A stretch of 64,000 nucleotides of DNA, from positions 23,002,001 to 23,066,000 of the forward strand of contig NC_042998.1 of NCBI RefSeq assembly GCF_006345805.1. Direction: 5' to 3'. Positions 63,747 through 64,000 of the stretch are shown here, in pieces. The DNA is from Octopus sinensis. Taxonomy: Eukaryota. The stretch's first letter is position 1. Each line of letters begins with the position of its first letter. The notes below the pieces were generated by a model, which searched no databases, was not told where the DNA came from, and saw only the letters and a program-made list of their open reading frames with translations. The position numbers and the translations under genes are program-made.

Positions 63747-64000
63747 CCCACTACACTCTTGGAGTGGTTGGCGTTAGAAAGGGCATCCAGTTGTAGAAAC
63801 TCTGCCAGATCAGATTGGAGCCCGGTGCAGCCATCTGGTTTGCCAGACCTTAGTTAAATCGTCCAACCCATGCCAGCATGGAAAGCGGACGTTAAACGAT
63901 GATGATGATGATGATGATGTAGTAAGTTGATTACCTTGGCCCCAGTACTAAACTTGTACTTACTTTATCAACCCCAAAAGGATGAAAGATAAAGTCAACC

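Overview
AT-rich, microsatellite- and retroposon-dense animal genomic DNA. The repeat landscape suggests a coleoid cephalopod, probably Octopus (inference, no database search run). Two protein-coding genes can be built by hand. (1) A + strand C2H2 zinc-finger gene with 8 fingers (exons about 1068-1514, 2464-2586, 3864-4115, 5897-5980, 7576-8732; all internal introns phase 1; 5' end not found). (2) A - strand two-exon RNF139/TRC8-like E3 ligase (40799-40619 joined to 21899-20236, 614 aa, 18.7-kb intron). There is one tRNA-Trp(CCA) at 9376-9447. The rest is mostly tRNA-derived SINEs (provisional labels A, B, E, F), RTE- and CR1-clade LINE fragments, decayed mariner/pogo elements, piggyBac-like MITEs and a short Helitron. 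Most interesting signals: hammerhead-ribozyme motifs in probable Penelope-like repeats (two in sense orientation inside the RNF139 intron, one of them enclosed by an inverted repeat; a tandem pair at 43.5-43.7 kb); two adjacent long hairpins in a ZNF intron; a head-to-tail array of MITEs with a conserved spacer; a roughly 200-bp non-tRNA retroposon with a fixed 5' end and 13-bp TSDs; SINE-bounded 972-bp tandem duplications; and a CpG-rich CACTA-like foldback upstream of RNF139. No prokaryotic-type system (CRISPR, operon) is present. Exon and motif coordinates were counted by hand; dispersed-repeat boundaries are approximate (about +/-20 bp) and family names are provisional.
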